Shown: positions 1-9,487 of the stretch, one piece after another
Position numbering within the stretch: the first letter of the stretch is position 1
Layout of the letters: every line of letters begins with the position of its first letter
NCBI GenBank assembly: GCA_029932855.1
Contig: JAOZPG010000005.1
Span: 829 to 64,828 of the forward strand
Reading direction: 5' to 3'
Length of the DNA: 64,000 nt
From: Bacteroidales bacterium
GTDB taxonomy: Bacteria; Bacteroidota; Bacteroidia; Bacteroidales; VadinHA17
Made by a program: the position numbers and the translations under genes
Notes under the pieces: model-generated
Databases searched by the model: none
Told to the model about the DNA's origin: nothing
The model's input: the letters and a program-made list of their open reading frames with translations, nothing else

Positions 1-59
1 AAAGCAGCTCCGACCTTTTTATCCTTTATAAATTCTCTAATCAATATTTTTTCTGTCAT
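1..59 (-). CDS. 5' end of an unidentified CDS running off the left window edge
   Basis: ATG at 57-59 on the minus strand, open to position 1 (MTEKILIREFIKDKKVGAA...). Too short to identify. Confidence 0.25.
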   Translation of the reverse strand, partial: MTEKILIREFIKDKKVGAA

Positions 60-96
60 TTCATATTAATTTAATTGTACTTTAACCGCTTATTAG

Positions 97-378
97 TCAG
101 TTTGTGTCAATATCTTGATATACTGATACTGCATAAGTTCCAGGTTTTAGATTTTTAAAATATACGATCGTTCTTTTTGTAATAACTTTCGCTTTTATAA
201 ATCTATTTGCTTTTGATATTTTAATAGGAAAACCTTCTTCCGAAGTATAGAGATACACATAAACATTTCTTTTAATACTGTTTATACCTGTTATGTTTAT
301 TGTTAATGTATTTTGTTGTGCAAACACAACTGCACTAACTTAAAGCAAAATCATTATTAATGTTATTTTTTTTATCAT
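97..378 (-). pseudogene. DUF2141-like secreted protein remnant
   Basis: The track ORF 97-327 resembles the N-terminal half of DUF2141 proteins (FAQQ...LKPGTYAVSVYQDIDTN). An upstream in-frame ATG at 376-378 gives a signal peptide MIKKITLIMILL*VSAVVFAQQ, interrupted by an in-frame TAA at 340-342. The usual C-terminal half after D.N is missing. Confidence 0.4.
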
Positions 379-438
379 TATATTAGTAATTCAAATCGAC
401 CGTATTAGTATTATGGTCGGGTCGATGTTAAATTTTTT

Positions 439-1038
439 TTAACTCTTTGTTTCTTTACAAGATAAACCATATATCAAAATATTAAGCATCCCATCTAAAC
501 GATTGTTTATTTTAGAATACCTGTTTTCCAGAAAAAATGGTATTTCAATTCCCTTTAATGCTGTTGCTATTCCATAAGCATATATTTTTGTATCATCCTT
601 ATCAATGTTAAATTCTTTTTTATTAATTCCGTCTTGTAAAATTTGTTCTATAAAAAATATCTCATATTCATCGTATTTTTCTCTGTATTTTTGAATAAAA
701 TTGAAATGATTAAGATAATCTGATTTTATAGCAGAATAAAGGTTTGCCAACTCATCAATCAAGCTCATCCTCGTAATAATATATTTTTTAAGTTTCGATT
801 TACAATCAATATTTGCAGTGATGATTTTATTCAATTCTCTAAACATTGTAGAACCTTCTTTTTCTATTACGGCAGCAAACACCTCTTCTTTGCTTTTGAA
901 ATAGTGATACAATGTACTTTTCCCTTTTCCGGATGCTAAGGCAATTTCATCCATTGTAGATTTTTTAAATCCGTACCTTTTAAAAATATCTTGTGCTACT
1001 TTTATTATTCTATTTTTAATATCAATCTCTTCCATCAT
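439..1038 (-). CDS. TetR/AcrR family transcriptional regulator
   Basis: N-terminal HTH typical of TetR (IIKVAQDIFKRYGFKKSTMDEIALASGKGKSTLYHYFKSKEEVF), 199 aa. Confidence 0.85.
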   Translation of the reverse strand: MMEEIDIKNRIIKVAQDIFKRYGFKKSTMDEIALASGKGKSTLYHYFKSKEEVFAAVIEKEGSTMFRELNKIITANIDCKSKLKKYIITRMSLIDELANLYSAIKSDYLNHFNFIQKYREKYDEYEIFFIEQILQDGINKKEFNIDKDDTKIYAYGIATALKGIEIPFFLENRYSKINNRLDGMLNILIYGLSCKETKS

Positions 1039-1197
1039 TATTAATTAAATACTATTCGACTATTTGTGTATTTTAGTCTGTAAAGATATATGTATATCTT
1101 TTATAAAAAAGTTATTTAACAGATTTCTTATAATAAAATTTGTTATTGGGTCGAATCGGCTGATAATGATATCCTGATTCTATCCGGCTTTTAAATA

Positions 1198-1419
1198 TTA
1201 AGTCAACCGATTTACCCATGAACAATTATTATGCATTGACAAAGAATAGCTCTTTTGTTTTTTTAAGGTCGGAATTTTGTGTGTTAGCAAAAAAACAAAT
1301 CCGCTATTATGTCTTACCAGCCTGTTCTTCAAATCATTGGTCTGGCCTTTATAAAAGCGGTCAGCTGACACGGAATATAAAATATAAACCCAATACACAA
1401 GCTGCTTTTTTATAGACAA
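1198..1419 (-). CDS. GIY-YIG nuclease-family small protein, C-terminal part diverged or degraded
   Basis: VYWVYILYS...FYKGQTNDLKNRLVRHNSG matches the GIY-YIG/URI N-terminal motifs. The sequence after HNSG does not resemble the usual family C-terminus. It lies directly beside the tRNA. Confidence 0.55.
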   Translation of the reverse strand: MSIKKQLVYWVYILYSVSADRFYKGQTNDLKNRLVRHNSGFVFLLTHKIPTLKKQKSYSLSMHNNCSWVNRLT

Positions 1420-1426
1420 AAAGTTG

Positions 1427-1499
1427 AGCCTCCCACCGGACTTGAACCGGCGACCTGCTCATTACGAATGAGCTGCTCTACCAACTGAGCTAAGGAGGC
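1427..1499 (-). tRNA. tRNA-Thr (anticodon CGU)
   Basis: Minus strand reads GCCTCCTTAGCTCAGTTGGTAGAGCAGCTCATTCGTAATGAGCAGGTCGCCGGTTCAAGTCCGGTGGGAGGCT. It has a 7-bp acceptor stem, anticodon stem GCTCA/TGAGC with loop TTCGTAA (anticodon CGT), a GTTCAAGTC T-loop and discriminator U. Confidence 0.9.
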
Positions 1500-1596
1500 A
1501 TGATGCAAAGATAAAATATTTAAGAAATACCAAAACTGTATTAATAAAATTAGTCTGTGCAGATACCCGGCAAAACCGGTATATTGCAGCCTTCAA

Positions 1597-2829
1597 TCAC
1601 TTCCTCAATGCTTCTATTCGTTTCAGTACAGTAGGATGTGAATATGTAAAAAACTCATATAGCGGATGGGGCTGCAGGTTTCCCAGATTATTTACTGTAA
1701 GATTTTTTAAAGAGCTGATTAATGATTCTGCATTATAATGCTTGCGGGCAAAGGCATCTGCCTCGTATTCATTCTTGCGTGATAAAATATTCAATCCCAG
1801 TCCGAGTACCATAGATATAGGAGAATAAAGTATTCCAAAGGCAACAAGGCTGATATGAAAGCTCGGTTGGGATGCTCCCAGTGCTTCAGATAATGAAGGA
1901 TTGTTTATCAGAAATGATAATATAAATAATGTAAGTCCTGTTTGAAGAAGTGAAAGAACAAGCCCCTGTTTTGTATGTCTTTTTTTATAGTGGCCAATTT
2001 CATGGGCCAGTACAGCTATTATTTCTTCTTTCTTCAGATCTTTGATAAGTGTATCATACAATACTATTCTCTTCTTTTTCCCAAAACCACTGAAATATGC
2101 ATTTGATTTAGATGACCTTTTGGAGCCGTCAATAACATATACATTATCAAGCTTAAAGCCTGCTTTGCTGCACATATCCTCTATCCCGCTCCTTAACTCA
2201 CCTTCCTCAAGTGGCGTTTGTTTGTTGAACAGGGGGACTATAAGGCTTGAATAGAACATTGTCATAAAAACCATAAACAGCCCTATCATCGCCCAGGCAA
2301 CCAGCCAGAAGTACTTTCCGCTCCACATATATATCCAGATAACAAGAGCAAGTATACCACCACCAATAATGGCACTTAAAAGCCAGCCTTTTAGCTTATC
2401 TGTAAAGAAAAGCCCTAATGTACTTTTGTTAAAACCAAACTTCTCTTCTATTACAAAAGTATCGTATATTGAAAATGGAGTGGACAAAATATCCATTGCC
2501 AGGCCCAGTAGGCCAAAAAACAATAATGCCTGTATAACGGGACTTGCAGATATCTCATGTACCCATGTATCCACAAGTGCAAAACCACCAAGGAAAAGCA
2601 TGGCCATCAGTATAACAAAGCTGAATGAGGAGCTGATCTCCCCGAATTTCAGGTTTGCCAGGAAATAATCCTGAGACTTCTTATATTTCTCAGCTGAATA
2701 AAAACCTTCGAACTCCCCGGGAAGCTTATTGGAAAAGTGATTTTTATTAAGATAATTAAGAATGCGCTCAAATACAAAATCAAAGATCACCAGACCAACA
2801 ATAAGATAAAATAAACCAGTAGAAAACAT
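1597..2829 (-). CDS. M48 family (Ste24/HtpX-like) zinc metalloprotease, membrane
   Basis: HEIGH zinc motif (LAHEIGHYKKRH), multiple TM segments, C-terminal SHP...RI motif. Confidence 0.85.
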   Translation of the reverse strand: MFSTGLFYLIVGLVIFDFVFERILNYLNKNHFSNKLPGEFEGFYSAEKYKKSQDYFLANLKFGEISSSFSFVILMAMLFLGGFALVDTWVHEISASPVIQALLFFGLLGLAMDILSTPFSIYDTFVIEEKFGFNKSTLGLFFTDKLKGWLLSAIIGGGILALVIWIYMWSGKYFWLVAWAMIGLFMVFMTMFYSSLIVPLFNKQTPLEEGELRSGIEDMCSKAGFKLDNVYVIDGSKRSSKSNAYFSGFGKKKRIVLYDTLIKDLKKEEIIAVLAHEIGHYKKRHTKQGLVLSLLQTGLTLFILSFLINNPSLSEALGASQPSFHISLVAFGILYSPISMVLGLGLNILSRKNEYEADAFARKHYNAESLISSLKNLTVNNLGNLQPHPLYEFFTYSHPTVLKRIEALRK

Positions 2830-2886
2830 TATTTGCAGTATTAAGACCGCAAAAGTAGAAATATACCGGAGAAATGCCAGTAAATA

Positions 2887-3105
2887 CTAATTTAAATCTT
2901 CTTTATCCTTAGGACAGGTATTAATTCCCAATGGCACATAAAGAGCACACCGGCCTGCCAGCGAGGTGATAAGCAAAATGGCTGCTATTACCATAAAAAC
3001 TATCCCTGCAGCAGCTGTAAGTATTTCCATGAAATATAAGACAACGATAATAGTTGCAATAATAATACGCAAGATACGATCAAGGCCTCCAATATTTTTT
3101 TTCAT
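2887..3105 (-). CDS. DUF2892/YgaP-like small membrane protein
   Basis: 72 aa. N-terminal GGLDRILRIIIA followed by two hydrophobic helices, typical of DUF2892. Confidence 0.55.
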   Translation of the reverse strand: MKKNIGGLDRILRIIIATIIVVLYFMEILTAAAGIVFMVIAAILLITSLAGRCALYVPLGINTCPKDKEDLN

Positions 3106-3134
3106 GGCTTAATATATAATTGGTTCTTATTATT

Positions 3135-4214
3135 CTAGTCTTTTATCCTGTTAAATCTTAATCCCTTTAACATCCAGTCGGGAAGTCTCTTCAACGGATC
3201 TCTTTTCCTGAGATTGAGATAAATACCAAGCTTTTTAATTATAGGGATGCGATGTGCTTCTACAAATTCAATAAGCGTACCGTCGGGATCTTCAACATAT
3301 GAAAAATGCCCGCTGGCCTCTCCCATATCAAAACCGTCAATGTTATGGTCGGCCATGCTGTCGATAGTGAAAGGAAAACCTTCTTTCTTACAAATCTTCT
3401 TAAGATTACTCATTCCTTTAATATCATAACACAAATGAATAAAGCCCAGATCCCCCCAAAACCTGTCCTGGAATATTCCCTTTGGCTTTTTATCGCTGAG
3501 TGACACCAGTTCAATATTACTAAAACCAAAAACGCGGGAGAAGCCTCCCTTTCTTTCCTGGCTGTGGGCCAGCAATAGCCTTCTCATCTTTGAACCTCCC
3601 CCTGGAATGCCATTAAAATCCTCAAACTCCCCTGTCTTATCATATACCACCTTATCATAGCCAAGTATCCTGGAATAGAAAGATTTGGCCTTGTCAATAT
3701 TTGTGGATCCTATAATAACCCCGTAGGTTGAACCGGTTAATTTTTTCTCTTCCCTGAACCAACTGCTTCCGTCAACAATCTGGAAGATATTGCCATAAGG
3801 GTCCTTTACAAAAAAATGGGGATTCCCATCGGGATCTCTCCTGAGGCCACCCAAAAGATCAAGACCTCTGTCCTTATACTGTTTATATGTTTTTTCCACA
3901 TCCTTGCTTTTAATTTTTACCGCAAAGATGCCGGTGTCACCAAGCCCTATCTCGAAAGAGGGAGACTCGGGGACACGATCGGTATACTGCCATATCTCAA
4001 AGCCGCCACCACCCTGCAGGTTAAGTGCCAGGGCAGCATGCCTGCTCCGTGGCTTGCCCCCGGTATATTTTGTCATTAGGGCAGCCTCGGCTTTTTCTTC
4101 AAATACCTTTATATCCACCCCAAAATTCTTCCTGTACCATTTCCATGCCTCATGCAGGTTTGCAACTCCTATACCAACTTGCTGTATCCCACTTATTACA
4201 ACTGTATTCATCAT
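3135..4214 (-). CDS. VOC (glyoxalase/bleomycin-resistance/dioxygenase) family protein, two-domain
   Basis: Two repeats of the VOC-like pattern (HVGIGV-like start, DPDGN..E motifs: DPDGNPHFFVKDPYGNIFQIV and EDPDGTLIEFVE). Confidence 0.6.
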   Translation of the reverse strand: MMNTVVISGIQQVGIGVANLHEAWKWYRKNFGVDIKVFEEKAEAALMTKYTGGKPRSRHAALALNLQGGGGFEIWQYTDRVPESPSFEIGLGDTGIFAVKIKSKDVEKTYKQYKDRGLDLLGGLRRDPDGNPHFFVKDPYGNIFQIVDGSSWFREEKKLTGSTYGVIIGSTNIDKAKSFYSRILGYDKVVYDKTGEFEDFNGIPGGGSKMRRLLLAHSQERKGGFSRVFGFSNIELVSLSDKKPKGIFQDRFWGDLGFIHLCYDIKGMSNLKKICKKEGFPFTIDSMADHNIDGFDMGEASGHFSYVEDPDGTLIEFVEAHRIPIIKKLGIYLNLRKRDPLKRLPDWMLKGLRFNRIKD

Positions 4215-4274
4215 ATATTTCCTGTTTATTATATTTTGTAAAATTACGAATTTATTTCAACTTAATGAACTAAT

Positions 4275-5069
4275 TCAGGTAGGTTCAACCCTGCTTATTA
4301 TCCATCTGTAGAGACAGGGGCAAAATCGCCTGAAATAAACCATTAAAATTATCTTACCCCCGAAAACGACCTCCTTTTTTTCCCTGTATATAGCCTTAAG
4401 CATTATCCTTACAGCCTTTTCAATACTTATGCCACCTGCCAGGCCCTTATCCATCCTGTCCCATACACTTCCGTCTCCCTTAAGTGCATTCTTAGATATC
4501 TCTGTATTTACTCTGCCGGGAACAAGTAATGTAACCTTAATGTCACTGCCTGCCAGTTCTGCCTGTAAAGATTCGAAATATCCATGCAAAGCATGCTTTG
4601 ATGCCGAATAACTGCTTCGAAGTGGTGCCCCGAACTTACCGGCAACACTTGTTACCACAGCTATTCTGCCACTGCCCTGTTTCTTCATTTGCAGCAATAC
4701 CTCCCTGCTAAGAGCAATTGTTCCAAAGAAGTTTATCTCCATTATTTTCCTTACAGTATCAATTCCGGTCTCCCCTGCAAGTGCTCTCTGACTTATGCCT
4801 GCCACATTTACCAGGATATCAATTTTTCCGAACTTTTTTACTGTTTCCTGAACCATCTCTGCAAAAAGCTCTGATCTTAACATATCCAGAGGCAAAATAT
4901 CACACATGGCAGCATCTTGCCCACAGTTAGTCCTCACTCTGCTCAGTTCATCTTCAAAGGGTGCTGAAGCAATAACTCTTGCCCCCTCTTTTATAAAAGC
5001 ATATACCAGCTCTTCTCCAATTCCTGAAGATGCCCCTGCTATCCATACTATTTTTCCCGGGAACTTCAT
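4275..5069 (-). CDS. SDR family oxidoreductase
   Basis: GASSGIGEE cofactor motif, NVAG, and the YSASK catalytic motif. Start chosen at MKFPGK (the track ORF starts 5 codons earlier, at 5084). Confidence 0.85.
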   Translation of the reverse strand: MKFPGKIVWIAGASSGIGEELVYAFIKEGARVIASAPFEDELSRVRTNCGQDAAMCDILPLDMLRSELFAEMVQETVKKFGKIDILVNVAGISQRALAGETGIDTVRKIMEINFFGTIALSREVLLQMKKQGSGRIAVVTSVAGKFGAPLRSSYSASKHALHGYFESLQAELAGSDIKVTLLVPGRVNTEISKNALKGDGSVWDRMDKGLAGGISIEKAVRIMLKAIYREKKEVVFGGKIILMVYFRRFCPCLYRWIISRVEPT

Positions 5070-5114
5070 AATAATGTTTTGCAAAACAGCCCGAAAATAC
5101 GAAAAAATAACATG

Positions 5115-5987
5115 CTAAGGCAGATATTTCCTGGCAAGGTATCCCAGTCCCCATGTTGTAAAGAATGAAAAACTGCCATAAACAACCGGAACCAGGGCTA
5201 TTTCATAGTTTCCCAGCAGGCTGCCAGCAACAAAAATCGCAAGGGTGCTGTTTTGTAAGCCTACCTCCACTGCAATCGTAAACTTATTCTGCTTGCAAAG
5301 CCTGAAAAAGCCAGGAACAAAATAACCGGCAATCATGGCAAGAACATTCAATAATAGAGCATATGGCAAAATCTGAAAAAAACTGCTCCATGCTATTCCG
5401 GCATTGCTGTTGCTTTTAAGAAACAATACCGCACTGTAAACAAGGAGCAGTATCACCGGAAGGATTAGCCTTAGAGGAGCCTCAAGTTTTTCAGCAAACT
5501 CCTGATTCCATTCACGTATAAGTATTCCTGTACCTGCAGGTAATATAGTAAGCAGGAATATCTTTAATATTGCCTCGCTTAATGAAATGCTTATTTCTGA
5601 GGCCTGTCCATAAAAAAGAAGAAGGGCCATTCCTGTCATAAGTGGTATGGTAAAAACTGTAATAATCCCGTTTACAACTGTTATTGAAAGTGACAAGGCA
5701 ACATTGCCTTTTATCATATAATTTACAAGGTTGGCAGTAGCACCACCGGGACAAATTGCAATTAGTACCAGTCCCACAGCATATGGAGCTTCAAGTTTTA
5801 AAAGCCATGCAATGGCAAAGGCAATTAGCGGAAGGATCATCAACTGGCTCAGTAACCCCACGGTAATGCTTCTTGGCCTGAGTACAATATCTTTTATATC
5901 CCGGAAAGATATGGAAAGTCCAAGCCCAAGGGTTATAATTGCCAAGGTTACCGGGAGGAGGATGTTTGAAAACAGGTCGTTTGTCAT
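5115..5987 (-). CDS. bile acid:sodium symporter (BASS) family transporter
   Basis: About 9-10 TM segments. The CPGG.A.N motif (AICPGGATANLV) is typical of SBF/BASS. Confidence 0.75.
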   Translation of the reverse strand: MTNDLFSNILLPVTLAIITLGLGLSISFRDIKDIVLRPRSITVGLLSQLMILPLIAFAIAWLLKLEAPYAVGLVLIAICPGGATANLVNYMIKGNVALSLSITVVNGIITVFTIPLMTGMALLLFYGQASEISISLSEAILKIFLLTILPAGTGILIREWNQEFAEKLEAPLRLILPVILLLVYSAVLFLKSNSNAGIAWSSFFQILPYALLLNVLAMIAGYFVPGFFRLCKQNKFTIAVEVGLQNSTLAIFVAGSLLGNYEIALVPVVYGSFSFFTTWGLGYLARKYLP

Positions 5988-6020
5988 AAATTTAACTGTA
6001 AAGAGATAAAATGCCTTATG

Positions 6021-6494
6021 CTATTTCCATCTCCCGTAGGGATTTTTAATTAACATTGAGTTGTAATACTTCATATCCATGCTTACTTCCTCAGCCAGCC
6101 ATTCCGGTTTTAAAAATTCTTCATCTTCTGAGGCAAGTTCCACTTCTGCAACTATTAATCCTTCATTCTCGCCATAAAACTCATCTACTTCAAAAGTATG
6201 CTTTCCCGATTTTATATAAAATCTGTTTTTTTCTATTAGCCCGGGCTCACATATTTCCAGAAGCTCTTTAGCCTCTTTAAGTGGAATCTCTTTCTCCCAC
6301 TCGTAACGCGAAACAGCTGATTCAGACCTGATCCCTTTAATAGTTATAAAAGCTTTTTTTTCCAGTATGCGAAGCCTGACAGTCCTTTCAGGAACAGAAG
6401 ACAAATAAGCCTGTTTAATATGTATTATTTTAGCGGCCTTAGCTTTAAAAGCATTGCTTTTCACTAAAAATTTTCTTTCTATCTCTATTGCCAT
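6021..6494 (-). CDS. CYTH domain protein (CyaB-like triphosphate tunnel enzyme)
   Basis: N-terminal EIERKFLV signature of CYTH, 157 aa. Confidence 0.8.
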   Translation of the reverse strand: MAIEIERKFLVKSNAFKAKAAKIIHIKQAYLSSVPERTVRLRILEKKAFITIKGIRSESAVSRYEWEKEIPLKEAKELLEICEPGLIEKNRFYIKSGKHTFEVDEFYGENEGLIVAEVELASEDEEFLKPEWLAEEVSMDMKYYNSMLIKNPYGRWK

Positions 6495-6540
6495 TTCCCT
6501 AATCTTTAAACCTCCTTATTGTAATTAATATAGCCATAAA

Positions 6541-8064
6541 TCACTTTGCAATTGCCCAGTCCGGTATTTCATTAAAATTGATACCTAATACTGAGCCCAG
6601 TATCAATATTCCAATAGTAAGCACAGCTATGCCAATAAGGTTAATGAGAAGGCCCACCTTGGCCATATCAATTATCCTTATTCGCTTTGTACCGAATATT
6701 ATTGCATTAGGAGGCGTGGCAACAGGCATCATAAAGGCAAATGAACTGGCCAGGGTTGCCGGAATCATTAGCAAGAGGGGATTCTTGCCTATAGCTGTTC
6801 CCATGGCAGCAAGTATAGGCAGTATCATCTGTGAGGTTGCAATATTGGAGGTTAGTTCTGTTAGGAATGTTATCATAGTACAGATAACAGAAATAATCAT
6901 TATAGGTGAATATGATTCAAGCTGGTAAAAATGACTACCAAGCCATTCTGAAAGTCCCGATTCTTTAAAAGCCCCTGCCAGTGCAAAACCTCCCCCAAAC
7001 AAGAGTACTATGCCCCACGGCAGCCTGGATGCATTTTCCCATTCCATTATGCTTCCTTTTTCCCTTGCAGGTATGATGAAAAGAAAGGAGGAAACCAGAA
7101 TAGCTACCACCCCGTCATTCAGGTACTCGGGATGCTCAAACAGGGAAGACCAGCCGGGAATATGAATAATACCTATATCTATATTTGCACGGCTAAGCCA
7201 GAGCAGGGCCAGTGAAAGGAAAATAAATAGTACAATTTTTTCTTCATACTCCATCTTTCCTAGCGACTTATATTGTTCCCTGAACAATGTTGGGTTGATA
7301 CTAAACTTTATCCTTGCAAAAAGGAAAGAAAGAATTGCCCAAACAATCAACAGGAAGCTTATACTTATAGGCAGAGCAAAGAAGAACCACTTTGCAAAAG
7401 ATATTTCAGGTGCATCAGGAAAAGAAATGGAGAATATCCTCAGGAATGCCGCATTGGGAGGAGTTCCTATAAGTGTTGATATCCCCCCAATGCTGCAACT
7501 GTATGCTATTCCAAGCAATAGTCCTATTGAGTACTTCTTCATCTTGTCCACACCAAGACTTGATTCAAGCTTTATAATTACAGACAGGGCAATGGGAACC
7601 ATCATCATTGCCGTAGCAGTATTTGATATCCACATGGAAAGAAAAGCACTTGTAACCATAAAACCCAGCAGTATCTTTTTGGGTTTTACCCCGAATATCA
7701 TAAGGGCAAAGATCGCTATCCTTTTATGCAGGGCCCATTTTTCCATTGCCAGTGCTACAATAAAACCCCCAAGGAAAAGAAAGATAACGTCATTGATGTA
7801 AAGACTTGATACATCTTTCCCGTCCATAACACCCAATAAAGGGAAAAAAGCCACCGGGATAAGTGCGGTAACTGCCAGTGGCACAGCTTCGCTTATCCAC
7901 CATGCTGCCATAAGAACAGCTATTCCGGCCGTATATTGTATCTGTGGATGTCCCGGGGAGGGATTAAAACCTGTGAATATGATAATTGCTAATAGTGGTC
8001 CCAGTATAAACCCTGATTTCTGTAATAAAGTGTATTCAGTCTTAAAAATTTTCAACTTCATCAA
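6541..8064 (-). CDS. SLC13/DASS family anion:sodium symporter
   Basis: 507 aa polytopic protein. SNTATA and the duplicated SN.A.. hairpin motifs (SNTATAMMM / TSNIATSQM) are typical of DASS transporters. Confidence 0.8.
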   Translation of the reverse strand: MMKLKIFKTEYTLLQKSGFILGPLLAIIIFTGFNPSPGHPQIQYTAGIAVLMAAWWISEAVPLAVTALIPVAFFPLLGVMDGKDVSSLYINDVIFLFLGGFIVALAMEKWALHKRIAIFALMIFGVKPKKILLGFMVTSAFLSMWISNTATAMMMVPIALSVIIKLESSLGVDKMKKYSIGLLLGIAYSCSIGGISTLIGTPPNAAFLRIFSISFPDAPEISFAKWFFFALPISISFLLIVWAILSFLFARIKFSINPTLFREQYKSLGKMEYEEKIVLFIFLSLALLWLSRANIDIGIIHIPGWSSLFEHPEYLNDGVVAILVSSFLFIIPAREKGSIMEWENASRLPWGIVLLFGGGFALAGAFKESGLSEWLGSHFYQLESYSPIMIISVICTMITFLTELTSNIATSQMILPILAAMGTAIGKNPLLLMIPATLASSFAFMMPVATPPNAIIFGTKRIRIIDMAKVGLLINLIGIAVLTIGILILGSVLGINFNEIPDWAIAK

Positions 8065-8327
8065 GTGATAATTTATTGTATCAAAATTAATAAATCCTAT
8101 TAGAAAGCCTGTTCGTAAATCTAAGGAATTCTTTTTATTCTAATAAACAGAATGGCTATAACTTCTTATAAATATCATAAACCCATTAAGTCTCAAACAC
8201 CTGCCGTTTACAGCTCAGTACAAAGACATATATCTTGCTTAACTTTTCATCTTCCTGATTGACTGAGATGAAAATTTCACTTACATTTGGATTAATATAG
8301 TATTAGTCATTTAATTTCATTAATGGT

Positions 8328-9464
8328 ATGGGAAAATTCATAGGACTCTTAACATCGGGAGGCGATACACCTGGATTAAATGCTGCAATAAGGGCTATTG
8401 GCAAGGCATGTATAAATAAATACGACATGCAGATCATAGGATTCCAGGATGGATTCCGGGGTCTTATGGAAAACAGGTCTGTTCAGTTAACAAACCAGAC
8501 CCTGTCAGGAATACTTACGCTGGGTGGCACAATTCTTGGCACCAGTCGCGAAAAACCATACAAAATGATGATTGGCGGCAAGCAAATGGATATGACAGAT
8601 GTAATTGTTGAGAACTACCATAAGAACCATCTCGACTGCCTTGTTTGCCTTGGTGGCGGAGGGACCCAAAAAAATGCTTACCATCTTGCCAGGCATGGCC
8701 TGAATATCATTACCCTTCCAAAGACCATAGATAATGATGTAGCTATGACAGACTTCACTTTTGGTTTTGATACTGCACTTGGCATAGCTGTTGAAGCTAT
8801 TGACCGGCTTCATAGCACAGCTCACAGCCACCACAGGATAATTGTTGTAGAAATAATGGGTCACAGGGCAGGATGGCTTGCGCTTGGTGCCGGTGTATCG
8901 GGAGGAGCAGATGTTATACTTGTCCCCGAAATTCCTTATGATATTAATGTTGTTGCAGAATCTATAATGAAACGGAGCAGATCGGGAAAATCATTTAGCA
9001 TAGTAGCAATAGCTGAAGGCGCCCTGAGCCAGGAAGGCTATAAAAAGATAAATGAAGTTAAAGAGCAGATAAATTCAGCCGATAATAAAAAGGGAAGGTC
9101 ACAGCTTAAAAAACAATTGAGGGCGCTTGATGCTGAATATACCGGCAATACGGTATTTCTTGCAAAAGAACTTGAAAAGTTAACGGGACTGGAATCAAGG
9201 CTTACCATACTGGGGCACCTTCAAAGGGGCGGTTCTCCCTCAGCTGCCGACAGGCTGCTTGCAACAAGGCTTGGAACATGCTGTGCCGATAATATTAATG
9301 CCGGCAACTATGGCAACATGGTAGCCATTAAGGGAAATGATACTGTGCTTGTTCCCCTTGAGGAAGTTGTAGGCAAGATTAAACTGATCCCTCCGGGGCA
9401 TGAATGGCTCAGAAGCGCAAAGGAGGTGGGCACATGCCTTGGCGATGGAAGTAAATATTCCTGA
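8328..9464 (+). CDS. pfkA: 6-phosphofructokinase
   Basis: [26 protein letters not shown] and [11 protein letters not shown] motifs of the PFK family. Confidence 0.85.
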   Translation: MGKFIGLLTSGGDTPGLNAAIRAIGKACINKYDMQIIGFQDGFRGLMENRSVQLTNQTLSGILTLGGTILGTSREKPYKMMIGGKQMDMTDVIVENYHKNHLDCLVCLGGGGTQKNAYHLARHGLNIITLPKTIDNDVAMTDFTFGFDTALGIAVEAIDRLHSTAHSHHRIIVVEIMGHRAGWLALGAGVSGGADVILVPEIPYDINVVAESIMKRSRSGKSFSIVAIAEGALSQEGYKKINEVKEQINSADNKKGRSQLKKQLRALDAEYTGNTVFLAKELEKLTGLESRLTILGHLQRGGSPSAADRLLATRLGTCCADNINAGNYGNMVAIKGNDTVLVPLEEVVGKIKLIPPGHEWLRSAKEVGTCLGDGSKYS

Positions 9465-9487
9465 TAGGATATTAAAGTGAAACTTTT

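Noticed and set aside
340-342. In-frame TAA as a hint of stop-codon reassignment
   Set aside because: This is a single case in a gene that is also C-terminally truncated. All conserved genes in the window are uninterrupted and end on standard stops, so a pseudogene or sequencing error is the simpler explanation.
1039-1600. tRNA-Thr region as an integration hotspot or genomic-island boundary
   Set aside because: No integrase, no direct repeat of the tRNA 3' end, and no phage or conjugation genes are seen nearby. The flanking genes are ordinary.
3904-4311. 135-aa and neighbouring plus-strand ORFs overlapping the VOC gene and SDR 3' end
   Set aside because: They are antisense to two supported genes and bridge an intergenic gap. 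The composition is Pro/Ser/Cys-rich and non-protein-like.
7295-7801. 168-aa ORF antisense to the SLC13 transporter
   Set aside because: Shadow ORF inside a well-supported transporter gene, with no recognisable features.
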